Part shown: piece by piece, positions 28,702 through 37,422 of the stretch
Numbering within the stretch: position 1 is the stretch's first letter
Layout of the letters: every line of letters begins with the position of its first letter
Source of the DNA: a virus
Reading direction: 5' to 3' (one strand)
IMG/VR virus record: IMGVR_UViG_3300036818_000105
Coordinates: 32,001 to 96,000 of that record
Length of the DNA stretch: 64,000 bases
Notes under the pieces: model-generated
The model's database searches: none
Told to the model about the DNA's origin: nothing
Seen by the model: the letters and a program-made list of their open reading frames with translations, nothing else
Position numbers and translations under genes: made by a program

Positions 28702-30696
28702 ATGACCGTCACTGCCCGGCCTAAGCCCGTGATTGCGGCCCCTGTCGCCCCGCCTCCGGCCCCGCCCCGCCGCCGCGGCATGACCCCGCTGACCCCGATG
28801 CGGGTGCAAACCGCGAAGTCGATGAGCAGGCTCGCCGACCACCTGCAGAAGGACAGCCCGGACCTGCCCGCGCACCAGCACCTGCGCGACGCGGCGAGGA
28901 CTCTCCGGGCCGGGAACGAGGAGGCGTCGCAGCGGCACCTGCGCGCGGCCATGTTCTCCCTCACCCCGCAGAGCTTGATGCGGAACGGCCAGCACACCGA
29001 CGACGCGCACCTCGCGGCACGGCAGGCCATGCACGGGCTTCACCGGCATCTCCTGCTGGTGAAGGACATCAGCGATGTCGCGGCGAGGAACCAGGCGGCT
29101 ATCCGGCGGGACTCCTACGACGACGACTCCTCCTCCCCGCCCCCCCTGACCTCCCCGGTGCGAGCCGGCCCGAACGCGGGGTACGGTCCCGGTGCGCTGG
29201 CGCAGAAGCCGGCCGTCCGGCAGCCACCGGGGAACCAGGCGCTGAACGCCCCGGCGAGGGCGGGAACAGGAAAGCCGGACCCCAACGTTGCCGACCCGGT
29301 CGGGCCGCAGCCGAGGGGATCGAAGCAGTTCGCGTACGGGTGGGATGACCTGTCGGCAGTTGTGGAGCTGGCGAGCCGCCCGAAAGTCACTGAGCTGAGC
29401 GCCGCTTCCCGTCTCAAGGCACATGACACCGCGTCGGCTACCGCGCACCGGACCGCGTCCGAGCACGCGAAGATGGACGAGGCGCGCAACGCGCACGGCG
29501 AGTTCGCCAAGGTCGGCGTAGCGGACCTCGTGCTGCACCATGACGGCACGGTGGGAAGCAAGAAGACCAAGGCCGCGATCGGCAGCCTGGCCCATGAGGA
29601 CGGTAAGTGGGCCGCGACCCACGCTGACGGGACCGTCACTAAGCACGCCACCAAGCAGGCCGCCCTCGCGGCGATAGTCACCCGCCACAACAAGGCCGGC
29701 AAGGCGGCGGCGATCGCGGCCCCGGGGAAGCCTGCAACGGCCGCCGTCCCTCCTGACTCGCACCCGGCCGGCGATCTCGCCGCGCCGGGCAAGCCAGCCG
29801 CGGCGAAGGCGGGGCCGGCACCGCAGGCACCCGCCCCGGCGGCCGCGAAGGTGCCCATCGTGCACGCGGCCGACCTCACTGTCCACAAGGACGGGTCGGT
29901 TACCAGCAAGAAAACCGGCGCCCAGGTCGGCGCGATCAGCAAGGCCGGGGCGGGTTACAGCGCCACGCACGCTGACGGCACGGTCACCCAGCACGCGACG
30001 AAGGTCGCTGCCGTCAAGGCCGTCGTGACCAGCCACAACAAGGCGGCCAAGGGCGCGGCAGCCGGGAATGCCGGCGCCTCCTCGCTAAAGCCGAAGCCGT
30101 CAGCCCCGGCAGCGGCGGCAAAGGCCGCCGCCGCGCAGCCGCCGCAGCCGAAGCTGTCCCAGGCGGAGAAGCGGCGGCTCACCGGTATCTGGTCCGTCTC
30201 GTACCGGTACTCAGGCAAGTCGGGCGGGGCAGGCAAGGAAGGCCAGGATTTCACTGACGAACTGCACCGGCTGCTGTCCACGAACAAGCCGCCGGACGTA
30301 TGCGGGAAGGGCTGCCAGGAAGCGCACAAGTTCCTGTCCATGGTCGACCAGGATGCCACCGTGCAGCACAAGGAACTGCGGCGCGGCATCACGCTGGACG
30401 CCGCGGACGCGAAGCGGATGTTCACCCCGGGCAAGACCATGGACATGCCAGCCGCGTCATGGACAACCAAGGCCTCTACCGCAGTGCAGTTCTCGAAAGG
30501 CGACGCGGGGCCGGGAAAAACGAAGGTCATCCTGCACACGGCGCCGCCGGCGAAAGGCCTGGACATAGCCGGCATGTCGAATTACCCGACGGAAGCCGAA
30601 GTGGTCACCGGCGGCCGGTACTCGGTGGACTCGGTGAAGACCGTGAAGGGAGTCATGCACGTGTACGTGACCCAGGGGGACTTCAGTGCTCACTAA
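28702..30696 (+). CDS. Modular head-associated protein with a C-terminal R-S-E ADP-ribosyltransferase domain
   Basis: ELRRG, ASWTT, YPTEAEVV; internal duplicated domain of about 58 aa (HxDGTV..KKT). Confidence 0.7.
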   Translation: MTVTARPKPVIAAPVAPPPAPPRRRGMTPLTPMRVQTAKSMSRLADHLQKDSPDLPAHQHLRDAARTLRAGNEEASQRHLRAAMFSLTPQSLMRNGQHTDDAHLAARQAMHGLHRHLLLVKDISDVAARNQAAIRRDSYDDDSSSPPPLTSPVRAGPNAGYGPGALAQKPAVRQPPGNQALNAPARAGTGKPDPNVADPVGPQPRGSKQFAYGWDDLSAVVELASRPKVTELSAASRLKAHDTASATAHRTASEHAKMDEARNAHGEFAKVGVADLVLHHDGTVGSKKTKAAIGSLAHEDGKWAATHADGTVTKHATKQAALAAIVTRHNKAGKAAAIAAPGKPATAAVPPDSHPAGDLAAPGKPAAAKAGPAPQAPAPAAAKVPIVHAADLTVHKDGSVTSKKTGAQVGAISKAGAGYSATHADGTVTQHATKVAAVKAVVTSHNKAAKGAAAGNAGASSLKPKPSAPAAAAKAAAAQPPQPKLSQAEKRRLTGIWSVSYRYSGKSGGAGKEGQDFTDELHRLLSTNKPPDVCGKGCQEAHKFLSMVDQDATVQHKELRRGITLDAADAKRMFTPGKTMDMPAASWTTKASTAVQFSKGDAGPGKTKVILHTAPPAKGLDIAGMSNYPTEAEVVTGGRYSVDSVKTVKGVMHVYVTQGDFSAH

Positions 30697-32206
30697 ATCA
30701 GGACTGCCCGGCTGGTTCCCGGAGGACTTCAAGACCGACCCGGCACTGCTGGCGGCGTTCGAGGACGACGCAGAGTGGCACGCGACGGGCAGGAAGCAGG
30801 ACGGCCACGCGCATGCCCGCACCTGGGATGAGCTCGCCGCCGTCATCGAGCTGTCGGCCAGGACGGCCGCACTTGAGGTGACCCCGGCCCCGTACGGCAA
30901 GCCAGGCGGCAAGGGCCTGTATGACGTGAAGGGGCTCAGTCACACCCCTTACTTCGAGCAGGTCGTCAAGGCGCTGCGCGGGCGCGGCATGGACAAGGGC
31001 AAGGCCTCAGCGGTCGCGTACGGGGCGCTGCGGAAGTGGGCGGCGGGCGGCGGCAAGGTCCATCCCGAAGTCCGCGCTGCGGCCACCGCCGCACTGGCCG
31101 GGGAGAAGGCGATCGGCGCGTCCGCTAAGGCGGTCCACGGGCACGCCAACCGGCCGCGCCGTGTCATTGACCTCGACTGGGCGGCGTGGGACGCCGGCCA
31201 CGGCGAGGCGTCGGTTAAAGCCCACGACACGGCCAGCGCCACGGCGAGCAGGGACGCGAAGGCGAAGATGGCGGCGGACCACCTCCACGCGGCAGCGGAC
31301 CAGGCGGACCGGAAGTTCCCGTCCGCCAGCGCGGGCAGCGACATCCACGCGGCCGCCGACTCGTTCTCCGCCGGCGACGCGCAGGGGGCGCACCAGCACC
31401 TCGCCGACGCCCGCTCGAAGCTGAGGGGCGCGAGCGAGGCCAAGGGAAAGGTCCCCGGCCGCGATCCCGTCGCCAATGACTTCAGCGGCCTCGACAGCAC
31501 CCTGAAGCAGGGCCAGGGCCAGGCGCAGATGATGGCCCAGCAGCAGGATGACGACGCGAAGGCGGCAGCGAAGATGGCGAAGAAGGCGGCGAGGGCGCAG
31601 AACCACGCGGTGACGTGGGCTGACGTGGCGAGGGTGGTCGAGCTGGCCGCTAACCCGGCCCAGCCCAGGGTTGCCTCCGGGAGCACAGGGGCGGGGCAGT
31701 TCACGTCCGGGGCCAGCACCGCCCCGGCGGCCGCGCCGCCCCCGGCCGGCGGGAAGAGCGTCGCCAGCCAGACGGCCAGCGCCACCGCCAAGGCGACGAT
31801 CGCCAAGAAGGCGCAGCAGAAGGCGGCGCTGATGAAGACGGCGGCGCAGGCCCGTGCTAAGGCCGACGCCCTCGAAGCGCAGATGCACACGCTGAAGCAG
31901 GAACTGGCGAGCGCGTCCGGGGCGACGTCCAGCGGCCAGTCCGGCAGCACCACGTCCGCCGGCAGTTCCACGACCAGTTCCGGCGCCTCCACCACGGCGA
32001 GCACCGCCCCTGCCACGGCCAGTACGGCGGCGGCGACTCCTGCGGCGAGCACGACGGCTGCCGCCCCGGCAGCCAGCACGAGCACCCCGGCGCTGACGAC
32101 AGCCCAGACCGCGCAGATCACCGCCCAGATCGGCCAGCTCACCACGCAGATCCAGGCGTACCAGAAGGTGATCCAGCAGGCGACTGCGCAAGCGGCGAAG
32201 CTGTAG
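30686..32206 (+). CDS. Modular Ala/Thr-rich head-associated protein
   Basis: Shares KAHDTASATA and WxxxxxVxELA modules with the upstream gene. Confidence 0.65.
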   Translation: MLTKSGLPGWFPEDFKTDPALLAAFEDDAEWHATGRKQDGHAHARTWDELAAVIELSARTAALEVTPAPYGKPGGKGLYDVKGLSHTPYFEQVVKALRGRGMDKGKASAVAYGALRKWAAGGGKVHPEVRAAATAALAGEKAIGASAKAVHGHANRPRRVIDLDWAAWDAGHGEASVKAHDTASATASRDAKAKMAADHLHAAADQADRKFPSASAGSDIHAAADSFSAGDAQGAHQHLADARSKLRGASEAKGKVPGRDPVANDFSGLDSTLKQGQGQAQMMAQQQDDDAKAAAKMAKKAARAQNHAVTWADVARVVELAANPAQPRVASGSTGAGQFTSGASTAPAAAPPPAGGKSVASQTASATAKATIAKKAQQKAALMKTAAQARAKADALEAQMHTLKQELASASGATSSGQSGSTTSAGSSTTSSGASTTASTAPATASTAAATPAASTTAAAPAASTSTPALTTAQTAQITAQIGQLTTQIQAYQKVIQQATAQAAKL

Positions 32207-32227
32207 CGACACCGATATGCTCGGGTA

Positions 32228-32446
32228 ATGGCCGGCATCGAGGCGAACAGCGACGAGCGCTACCCGTACGTCTGGGTCAAGTTCCGGGATGACCCCGCCG
32301 CCCCGTACTCGTCTATGTTCGGTGACGGCAGGACGTTCAAGCCGAACGTGGAGCTGACCGCTGAGGAAGAGTCGGACCTGAAGGACTTGCGCGACCGCTG
32401 GGAAGCGTGGCAGGGCAGGCTCCGGGTGATGCTGGGAGAAGACTGA
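32228..32446 (+). CDS. Hypothetical protein
   Basis: TATGCT about 6 nt before the ATG (leaderless). Confidence 0.6.
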   Translation: MAGIEANSDERYPYVWVKFRDDPAAPYSSMFGDGRTFKPNVELTAEEESDLKDLRDRWEAWQGRLRVMLGED

Positions 32447-33066
32447 TGATGAGCGGCGAGGACAAGGTCCGGGAGGCCAGGCTCCGGCGCGTTGCCGACC
32501 GAAGGGGCCTGCGGCTAGTCAGGTCCCGCCGCCGCGACCCCGGCGCGCTCACCTACGGGCGCTACTTCGTGCAGGCGCAAGACGGGCGCGTTCCGGACGG
32601 CTACCAGACCGTCCGGGGCTTCACCCTCGACGAGGCAGAGGAACGGCTGGCGATGGCCGTCACGGCCGGCGAGATCGAACGGCGAGGCGAGTACGCGCCA
32701 GAGCGCCCGTTCCCGCCCGAGAGCACGGGCGGCGGCCGACAGCGCGGCTACGGCTACGGCTACTCCGCTGCCCGCAAGGCCGGGGAACTGGACCCCGAGT
32801 GGGTGATGGCGGGCGTTGACGTCCCGGCCGGGAAGCGGCTGTACGCGAGCAGGGAGCTGAAGGGCTCGGCGTTCGCGGTGGCCGTGGACGAGAACTGGAA
32901 CGGCGACGGCTGGCACCTCACTACGACCATGTGCCGGATGCTGGTGGTCACCAAGCCCACCTACGCGGAGTGCCTGGCTGAGCTGATGACGATCTGGCAG
33001 AACTGGGACAACGCGGGCCGGGAACTGCCCGCCGCGAGCTCGGGTAACGGAAGGGCGCTGTCGTGA
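32446..33066 (+). CDS. Hypothetical two-domain protein
   Basis: N-terminal REARLRRVADRRGLRLVRSRRRDP module. Confidence 0.6.
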   Translation: MMSGEDKVREARLRRVADRRGLRLVRSRRRDPGALTYGRYFVQAQDGRVPDGYQTVRGFTLDEAEERLAMAVTAGEIERRGEYAPERPFPPESTGGGRQRGYGYGYSAARKAGELDPEWVMAGVDVPAGKRLYASRELKGSAFAVAVDENWNGDGWHLTTTMCRMLVVTKPTYAECLAELMTIWQNWDNAGRELPAASSGNGRALS

Positions 33067-33205
33067 CCTTGCACATGGCACCCGTCAAGCGGTCCCGGCT
33101 GCCCAGGTGGATCGGCCGCCTCATCGCCCGCTGGCAGCTGCGCAACTGGCACTACACCGGCGTTGTGGAGGACGACCCGTACGAGAATGACGGGGAAGGC
33201 GACGG

Positions 33206-33961
33206 ATGACGATCACAGAGCAGGTGCTTGACCTCGCCGAACCGGCGGATGACGCTGGCGATTCCAGCGGCGCGGACCTGGCGTCGGCAACAGTCAGCCC
33301 GGCGGCGATGAAGTCGCCCGGCCTTCCCGTCCCGGACGACCCGGCGGCGATCTCCATCTTCACCGCGCACCGGGTTGACGAGGTGCTCCACAAGCTCTCT
33401 CACGCCGCCGAGCGGATGAAGGCTTCCCGCTCCGCTTCCGGGGACCTGCGGAAGTACCACGCCTCCCTCCTCGCCGGGCACCTGCAGTCAGCCCTGAAGG
33501 CCGGGCATGACCTGGTGGCGAACATCCGCGAGCACTACCCGGACGAGGCTAAGGAACTGGACGCGGTCGGGGAGTCGGTAGGTCTGGCGAAGGCGGTCAG
33601 TTCCGAAGCTAAGGCGGCCACGACCGCGCACCTCCTCGAGACGACGCTGCACGAGCTGACTCACGGCGCCCGGCACGCCCTGCAGATGACGGAGGACACG
33701 CCGGAGGACGAGCAGGAGTTCAACGCCGACCACGCGGAGAAGCACCTCGGCGGGGCGGTGGAGCACGCGGGGAAGCTTGAGGAGCACTTCAAGGACAATT
33801 ACCCGGACGTGGCGGGGTGGCTGAACGGGCTCACCGAGGTCACCGAGGACGCTGAGGAGAGCGACGGGGACGCCGAGCACGCCCGGTACAGCAAGGCCGG
33901 CGGCGGGACGATCGCGGCGCAGCTGGCGAACGCGGGGACGATCGGCGGGCAGCTGCTCTAG
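33206..33961 (+). CDS. His-rich helical protein with an internal duplication
   Basis: Paired segments AHRVDEVLHKLSHA / AHLLETTLHELTHG and EHYPD / DNYPD. Confidence 0.7.
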   Translation: MTITEQVLDLAEPADDAGDSSGADLASATVSPAAMKSPGLPVPDDPAAISIFTAHRVDEVLHKLSHAAERMKASRSASGDLRKYHASLLAGHLQSALKAGHDLVANIREHYPDEAKELDAVGESVGLAKAVSSEAKAATTAHLLETTLHELTHGARHALQMTEDTPEDEQEFNADHAEKHLGGAVEHAGKLEEHFKDNYPDVAGWLNGLTEVTEDAEESDGDAEHARYSKAGGGTIAAQLANAGTIGGQLL

Positions 33962-34017
33962 CTGCCCGCATTTCGGGTGGCCCCGACCCGCATGCTCCGG
34001 TATCGTCTGGGGCAGCA

Positions 34018-34092
34018 CCTCTCCCGAAGTGCTGGCGCCGGTTCCTTCTCTTGCGTTGAAAACGACCCGCCGCCGATCCGTTGTCGGGAGGG
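34018..34092 (+). ncRNA. Small Y RNA (Ro60-binding stem, no tRNA-like domain)
   Basis: 5' CTCCCGAAGTG pairs with 3' GTTGTCGGGAG; same signature as the next RNA; upstream of Ro60. Confidence 0.7.
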
Positions 34093-34106
34093 ATCAACTT
34101 CATGAC

Positions 34107-34254
34107 GGCGTGCCCGAAGTGCAGGCACCGGCTACTTCTTGGGAACTGAGAGTTGCGGGTTCAAATCCCGTCCGGACGGCCATGCCGCCCGGTGGCGCAA
34201 CCTGGTAGCGCATCAGTACGAAAATGCCGGCACCGACTCGTTATCGGGCACGCC
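34107..34254 (+). ncRNA. yrlA: YrlA-type tRNA-like Y RNA
   Basis: GGCGTGCCCGAAGTG / GTTATCGGGCACGCC terminal stem; T arm GCGGGTTCAAATCCCGT precedes a closed acceptor-like stem and D arm TGGCGCAACCTGGTAGCGC (permuted order). Confidence 0.85.
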
Positions 34255-34295
34255 AGTCGTGAAGTCAGGCCCTCCCCCTCACGTGAGGGGTTGAG

Positions 34296-35960
34296 ATGAG
34301 CAAGAACAACCGGGGAACCGTCCTCGCGGCCGTATCTAGCCCGGTCGCCAGCGAGGCTCGCCCGTCAGCGTCTACCGCTCTCGGCGCGCCGGGGTACGCC
34401 CGCGACGTGCAGTCAGAGCTGTTCCTTCTCGCCGCGTGCAACCTGCCCGGCGAGAAGGCGTTCCACGAGGGCACCGACGAGCGGGTGAAGCGGTTCCGTG
34501 ACCTGGTGCGCGAGGCCTCGGCGGTCAGCCCGGACTGGACCGCCGCCCTGCTCCCGTACCTGCGCGGCCCCGGTAACCTGCGGCTCGCGCCCGTGGAGGC
34601 GGCGGCCGAGTACGCGTGGGCGCGGCGGGACGAGGCGGGAACGGGCCGCGAGGTCAGTAACCCGCCCAAGGCAACCGTCCGGCAGGTTGTCAACTCAGTG
34701 CTTCAGCGCGCCGACGAGCCCGGCGAGATCATCGCCTACTGGCTGGCCCGCTACGGCCGGAAGATGCCGATCGGCTTCAAGCGCGGTGTCGCCGACGCGG
34801 TACTGCGCCTCTACACCGAATGGTCGCTCCTGAAGTACGACACCCGCGAGGCCGCGGTGCGCTTCGGTGACGTGATCGAGCTGGTGCAGCCGCGGTACGT
34901 CAGCAAGGAGTACGGGACCTGGCGGGACGCCCTCTACAAGCACGCGATCGAGCGGCGCCACAACCGGGACAACCCGATCCCTGAGCCGCTGGCGATGATC
35001 CGGGCGAACGCGGCGCTGAACGCGGCGGCGGCCACCGACCCGAGGGTGCTGCTCGACACGGAGCGGCTGCTGGCCGCTGGGATGACGTGGCAGAACGCGC
35101 TGTCCATGGCGGGCGACAAGGTCGACAAGGGCAAGCTGTGGTCAGCCCTGGCCCCGATCATGGGCTACGACGCGCTGCGGAAGAACCTCCGCAACTTCGA
35201 CCAGTCCGGCATGCCGGACGAGGTGGCCGAGGCGGTCGCGGCGCGGCTGTGCGACCCGGAGCAGGTGGCGAAGTCGCGCCTCTTCCCGTTCCGGTTCCTG
35301 TCCGCCTACCGCGCGGCCCCCTCGCTGCGGTGGGCGTACCCGCTGGAGAAGGCATTGAACGCGTCACTGTCGAACGTCCCCGCACTCAAGGGGCGGACGC
35401 TCGTGCTCGTGGACCGCTCGCCGTCGATGTGGGACCAGAAGTTCAGCGAGCACTCCGACATGCCGTGGGCGGACGCCGCGGCCTTGTTCGGCGCGGCGAT
35501 CGCGCTGCGGGCCGAGCAGGCGGACCTCGTGGAGTTCTGGGGGATGTCGCGGCCGGTGCCGTTCCAGGCGGCCGACTCGGTGCTGAAGCTCACGGAGCGG
35601 TTCAGCTTCCAGCCCGCGCCGGGCGGGACCGACATCCCCTCGGCGGTCGTCGCCCACCTGCGGCCCGATCACGCGCGGGTGGTCATCGTCACCGACGAGC
35701 AGACGCAGGCCGGCTACCTGCCGTCGAACATGCGCTACCAGGGCGGCAGGCCCCCGATGCTGATTGACGACCTGGTGCCGAAGTCCAAGCCGCTCTACAT
35801 GTGGAACTTCGGCGGTTACAAGCACGGCGCGGCGCCGTCCGGGACGGGAAACCGGGTCACGCTCGGCGGCTTGTCGGACTCCGCCTTCCGCCTTATCCCC
35901 ATGCTTGAGGCGGGACGTGAATGCGACTGGAACGCCCTCTTCGGCGTCACTGCGGACTAA
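34296..35960 (+). CDS. rsr: Ro60/TROVE-domain RNA-binding protein
   Basis: SELFLLA, QRADEPGE, ALRKNLRN, KSRLFPFRFLSAY; vWA motifs LVDRSPSM, GGTD, IVTDEQ. Confidence 0.92.
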   Translation: MSKNNRGTVLAAVSSPVASEARPSASTALGAPGYARDVQSELFLLAACNLPGEKAFHEGTDERVKRFRDLVREASAVSPDWTAALLPYLRGPGNLRLAPVEAAAEYAWARRDEAGTGREVSNPPKATVRQVVNSVLQRADEPGEIIAYWLARYGRKMPIGFKRGVADAVLRLYTEWSLLKYDTREAAVRFGDVIELVQPRYVSKEYGTWRDALYKHAIERRHNRDNPIPEPLAMIRANAALNAAAATDPRVLLDTERLLAAGMTWQNALSMAGDKVDKGKLWSALAPIMGYDALRKNLRNFDQSGMPDEVAEAVAARLCDPEQVAKSRLFPFRFLSAYRAAPSLRWAYPLEKALNASLSNVPALKGRTLVLVDRSPSMWDQKFSEHSDMPWADAAALFGAAIALRAEQADLVEFWGMSRPVPFQAADSVLKLTERFSFQPAPGGTDIPSAVVAHLRPDHARVVIVTDEQTQAGYLPSNMRYQGGRPPMLIDDLVPKSKPLYMWNFGGYKHGAAPSGTGNRVTLGGLSDSAFRLIPMLEAGRECDWNALFGVTAD

Positions 35961-35982
35961 AGGGCCCGCGCGCAAGAAGGGC

Positions 35983-36031
35983 AAGCCCCGGATGCCCGGC
36001 CCCGTAAGAGGGCCGGGCATCCGGGGCTTTT
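35983..36031 (+). terminator. Intrinsic terminator
   Basis: AAGCCCCGGATGCCCGGCCC / GGGCCGGGCATCCGGGGCTT followed by a T run. Confidence 0.9.
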
Positions 36032-36093
36032 GCTTTTGAGCGGGGACCGGCACGGCAGGGGCTGCGTGTGCCGGACCCCGCCAGAAATCCTAG

Positions 36094-36140
36094 TGCACGT
36101 GCATCCGCTCCGTGCATCTGCACGTGCATGAGGCTATGCT
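36094..36140 (+). promoter_or_regulatory. Late-promoter-like motif, copy 4 (capsid operon)
   Basis: TGCACGTGCA-N7-CGTGCA-TC-TGCACGTGCA-N6-TATGCT. Confidence 0.8.
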
Positions 36141-36180
36141 TGCCGCTAGGCAGGGGTGCCAGCCGTTTGAGAGGACGGAC

Positions 36181-37146
36181 GTGGGCACATCCCTGGACTT
36201 CGCCGCACCCAAGCTCGGCAGCGGCACCCGGTTCAAGAAGCTGTCCGCGACCCTCGCCGCCCGCGGCGCCCACGACCCCGACGCCCTCGCGGCCTACATC
36301 GGCCGGAAGAAGTACGGCTCGGGCATGGGCAAGCTCTCCCACCACAAGTCCCTCGCCGGCGACGACCTCGGCATCTACCTGTCCGAGACCACGAAGGACG
36401 ACCAGGGCAAGACCCTGACCTGCCCGGAGTGCAACTACTCCGGCCCCGCGAACCGCTTCGGTGCCTCCGGCGCGTCCCTCCAGAGCGCCCCCGGTGACCT
36501 CCGCACCCCCGCGCCCGGCACCGGCGGAGTCCGCAAGGGCGTGCCGCTGACGGTCAAGTCCGGCGCCGCCCACGCCCTCGCCAACGGCACCCGCGGCGCG
36601 GTCGAGCTCGCCACCGGCACGGCCCGCCGCCCCATCCGCGGCCCCATGGACGTGCTCGCCTCCCGCGCGGAGGACGGTGTCGCGGTCCTCAGGCACCGCA
36701 ACGGCGGCGCGACGATCGCCACCCTCCGCAAGACCGACGGCGGCAAGTGGGTCGCCAACGTCAACGGCCGTGACCTCGAGCCCCGCGACCACCAGCGCAC
36801 CGCCCTCATGGAAGCGGTAGGCCAGTGGAACGGGTCCATCAGGGGCGCCGTCCGCCCGCAGGAGGCCCCTCTCCAGCACGAGCCCGTGCAGACGCCGCTG
36901 ATGGCCGAGTACGGCATCCCCGCGATGCGCTCCGCCGCGTTCGCCACCCCGACCACGGGAGCGGGCGACGGGCCGAGGATGACCAGCGCTGACGGCGGGG
37001 GCACCGACGAGAACGGCCTGACCGCCAAGGGCCAGGGCATCTACAAGAAGCTGCTCGCCAAGGGCTTCCCCCAGGCCAGGGCGCTGAGCTTCGCGAAGAA
37101 CAGCCAGAAGACGAAGGCCGGCACGTTCGGCAAGGTCGCGGCCTGA
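36181..37146 (+). CDS. Modular head-associated protein
   Basis: GAGGA RBS; KLGSGTRFKKL...ALAAYIGRKKYG; zinc ribbon; GAVELA motif. Confidence 0.7.
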   Translation: MGTSLDFAAPKLGSGTRFKKLSATLAARGAHDPDALAAYIGRKKYGSGMGKLSHHKSLAGDDLGIYLSETTKDDQGKTLTCPECNYSGPANRFGASGASLQSAPGDLRTPAPGTGGVRKGVPLTVKSGAAHALANGTRGAVELATGTARRPIRGPMDVLASRAEDGVAVLRHRNGGATIATLRKTDGGKWVANVNGRDLEPRDHQRTALMEAVGQWNGSIRGAVRPQEAPLQHEPVQTPLMAEYGIPAMRSAAFATPTTGAGDGPRMTSADGGGTDENGLTAKGQGIYKKLLAKGFPQARALSFAKNSQKTKAGTFGKVAA

Positions 37147-37421
37147 TGACCACGCTCACGCACACCTTCACGCGGACCCACATCGTCATCACGCCCGCGA
37201 ACCCCTTCCTCGCCTGCCGGACGTGCCGTAAGCGCGTCGAGGCGTTCCACGATGACGAGTGCGGCTGCGATGAGAGCGGCGGCCCGCTGCTCCTGATGCC
37301 GTGCTTCCACCGCGGCGAGTACGACGACCTGTGCCCGTCATGGAGCCCGGTCGACGGCTGCACCTGCCGGGAAGTGCTCGGCCGCGTCCCGCACCCGGCA
37401 GAACTGCCGAGGACCGCCTGA
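37146..37421 (+). CDS. Small Cys-rich protein
   Basis: Coupled ORF with several Cys pairs. Confidence 0.55.
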   Translation: MTTLTHTFTRTHIVITPANPFLACRTCRKRVEAFHDDECGCDESGGPLLLMPCFHRGEYDDLCPSWSPVDGCTCREVLGRVPHPAELPRTA

Positions 37422-37422
37422 C

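Noticed and set aside
34145-34215. Canonical tRNA gene (GGTTCAAATCC T loop, TGGTAGC D loop)
   Set aside because: The T arm lies 5' of the D arm, there is no anticodon loop or CCA end, and it is enclosed in a Ro-binding stem, so it is YrlA rather than a tRNA
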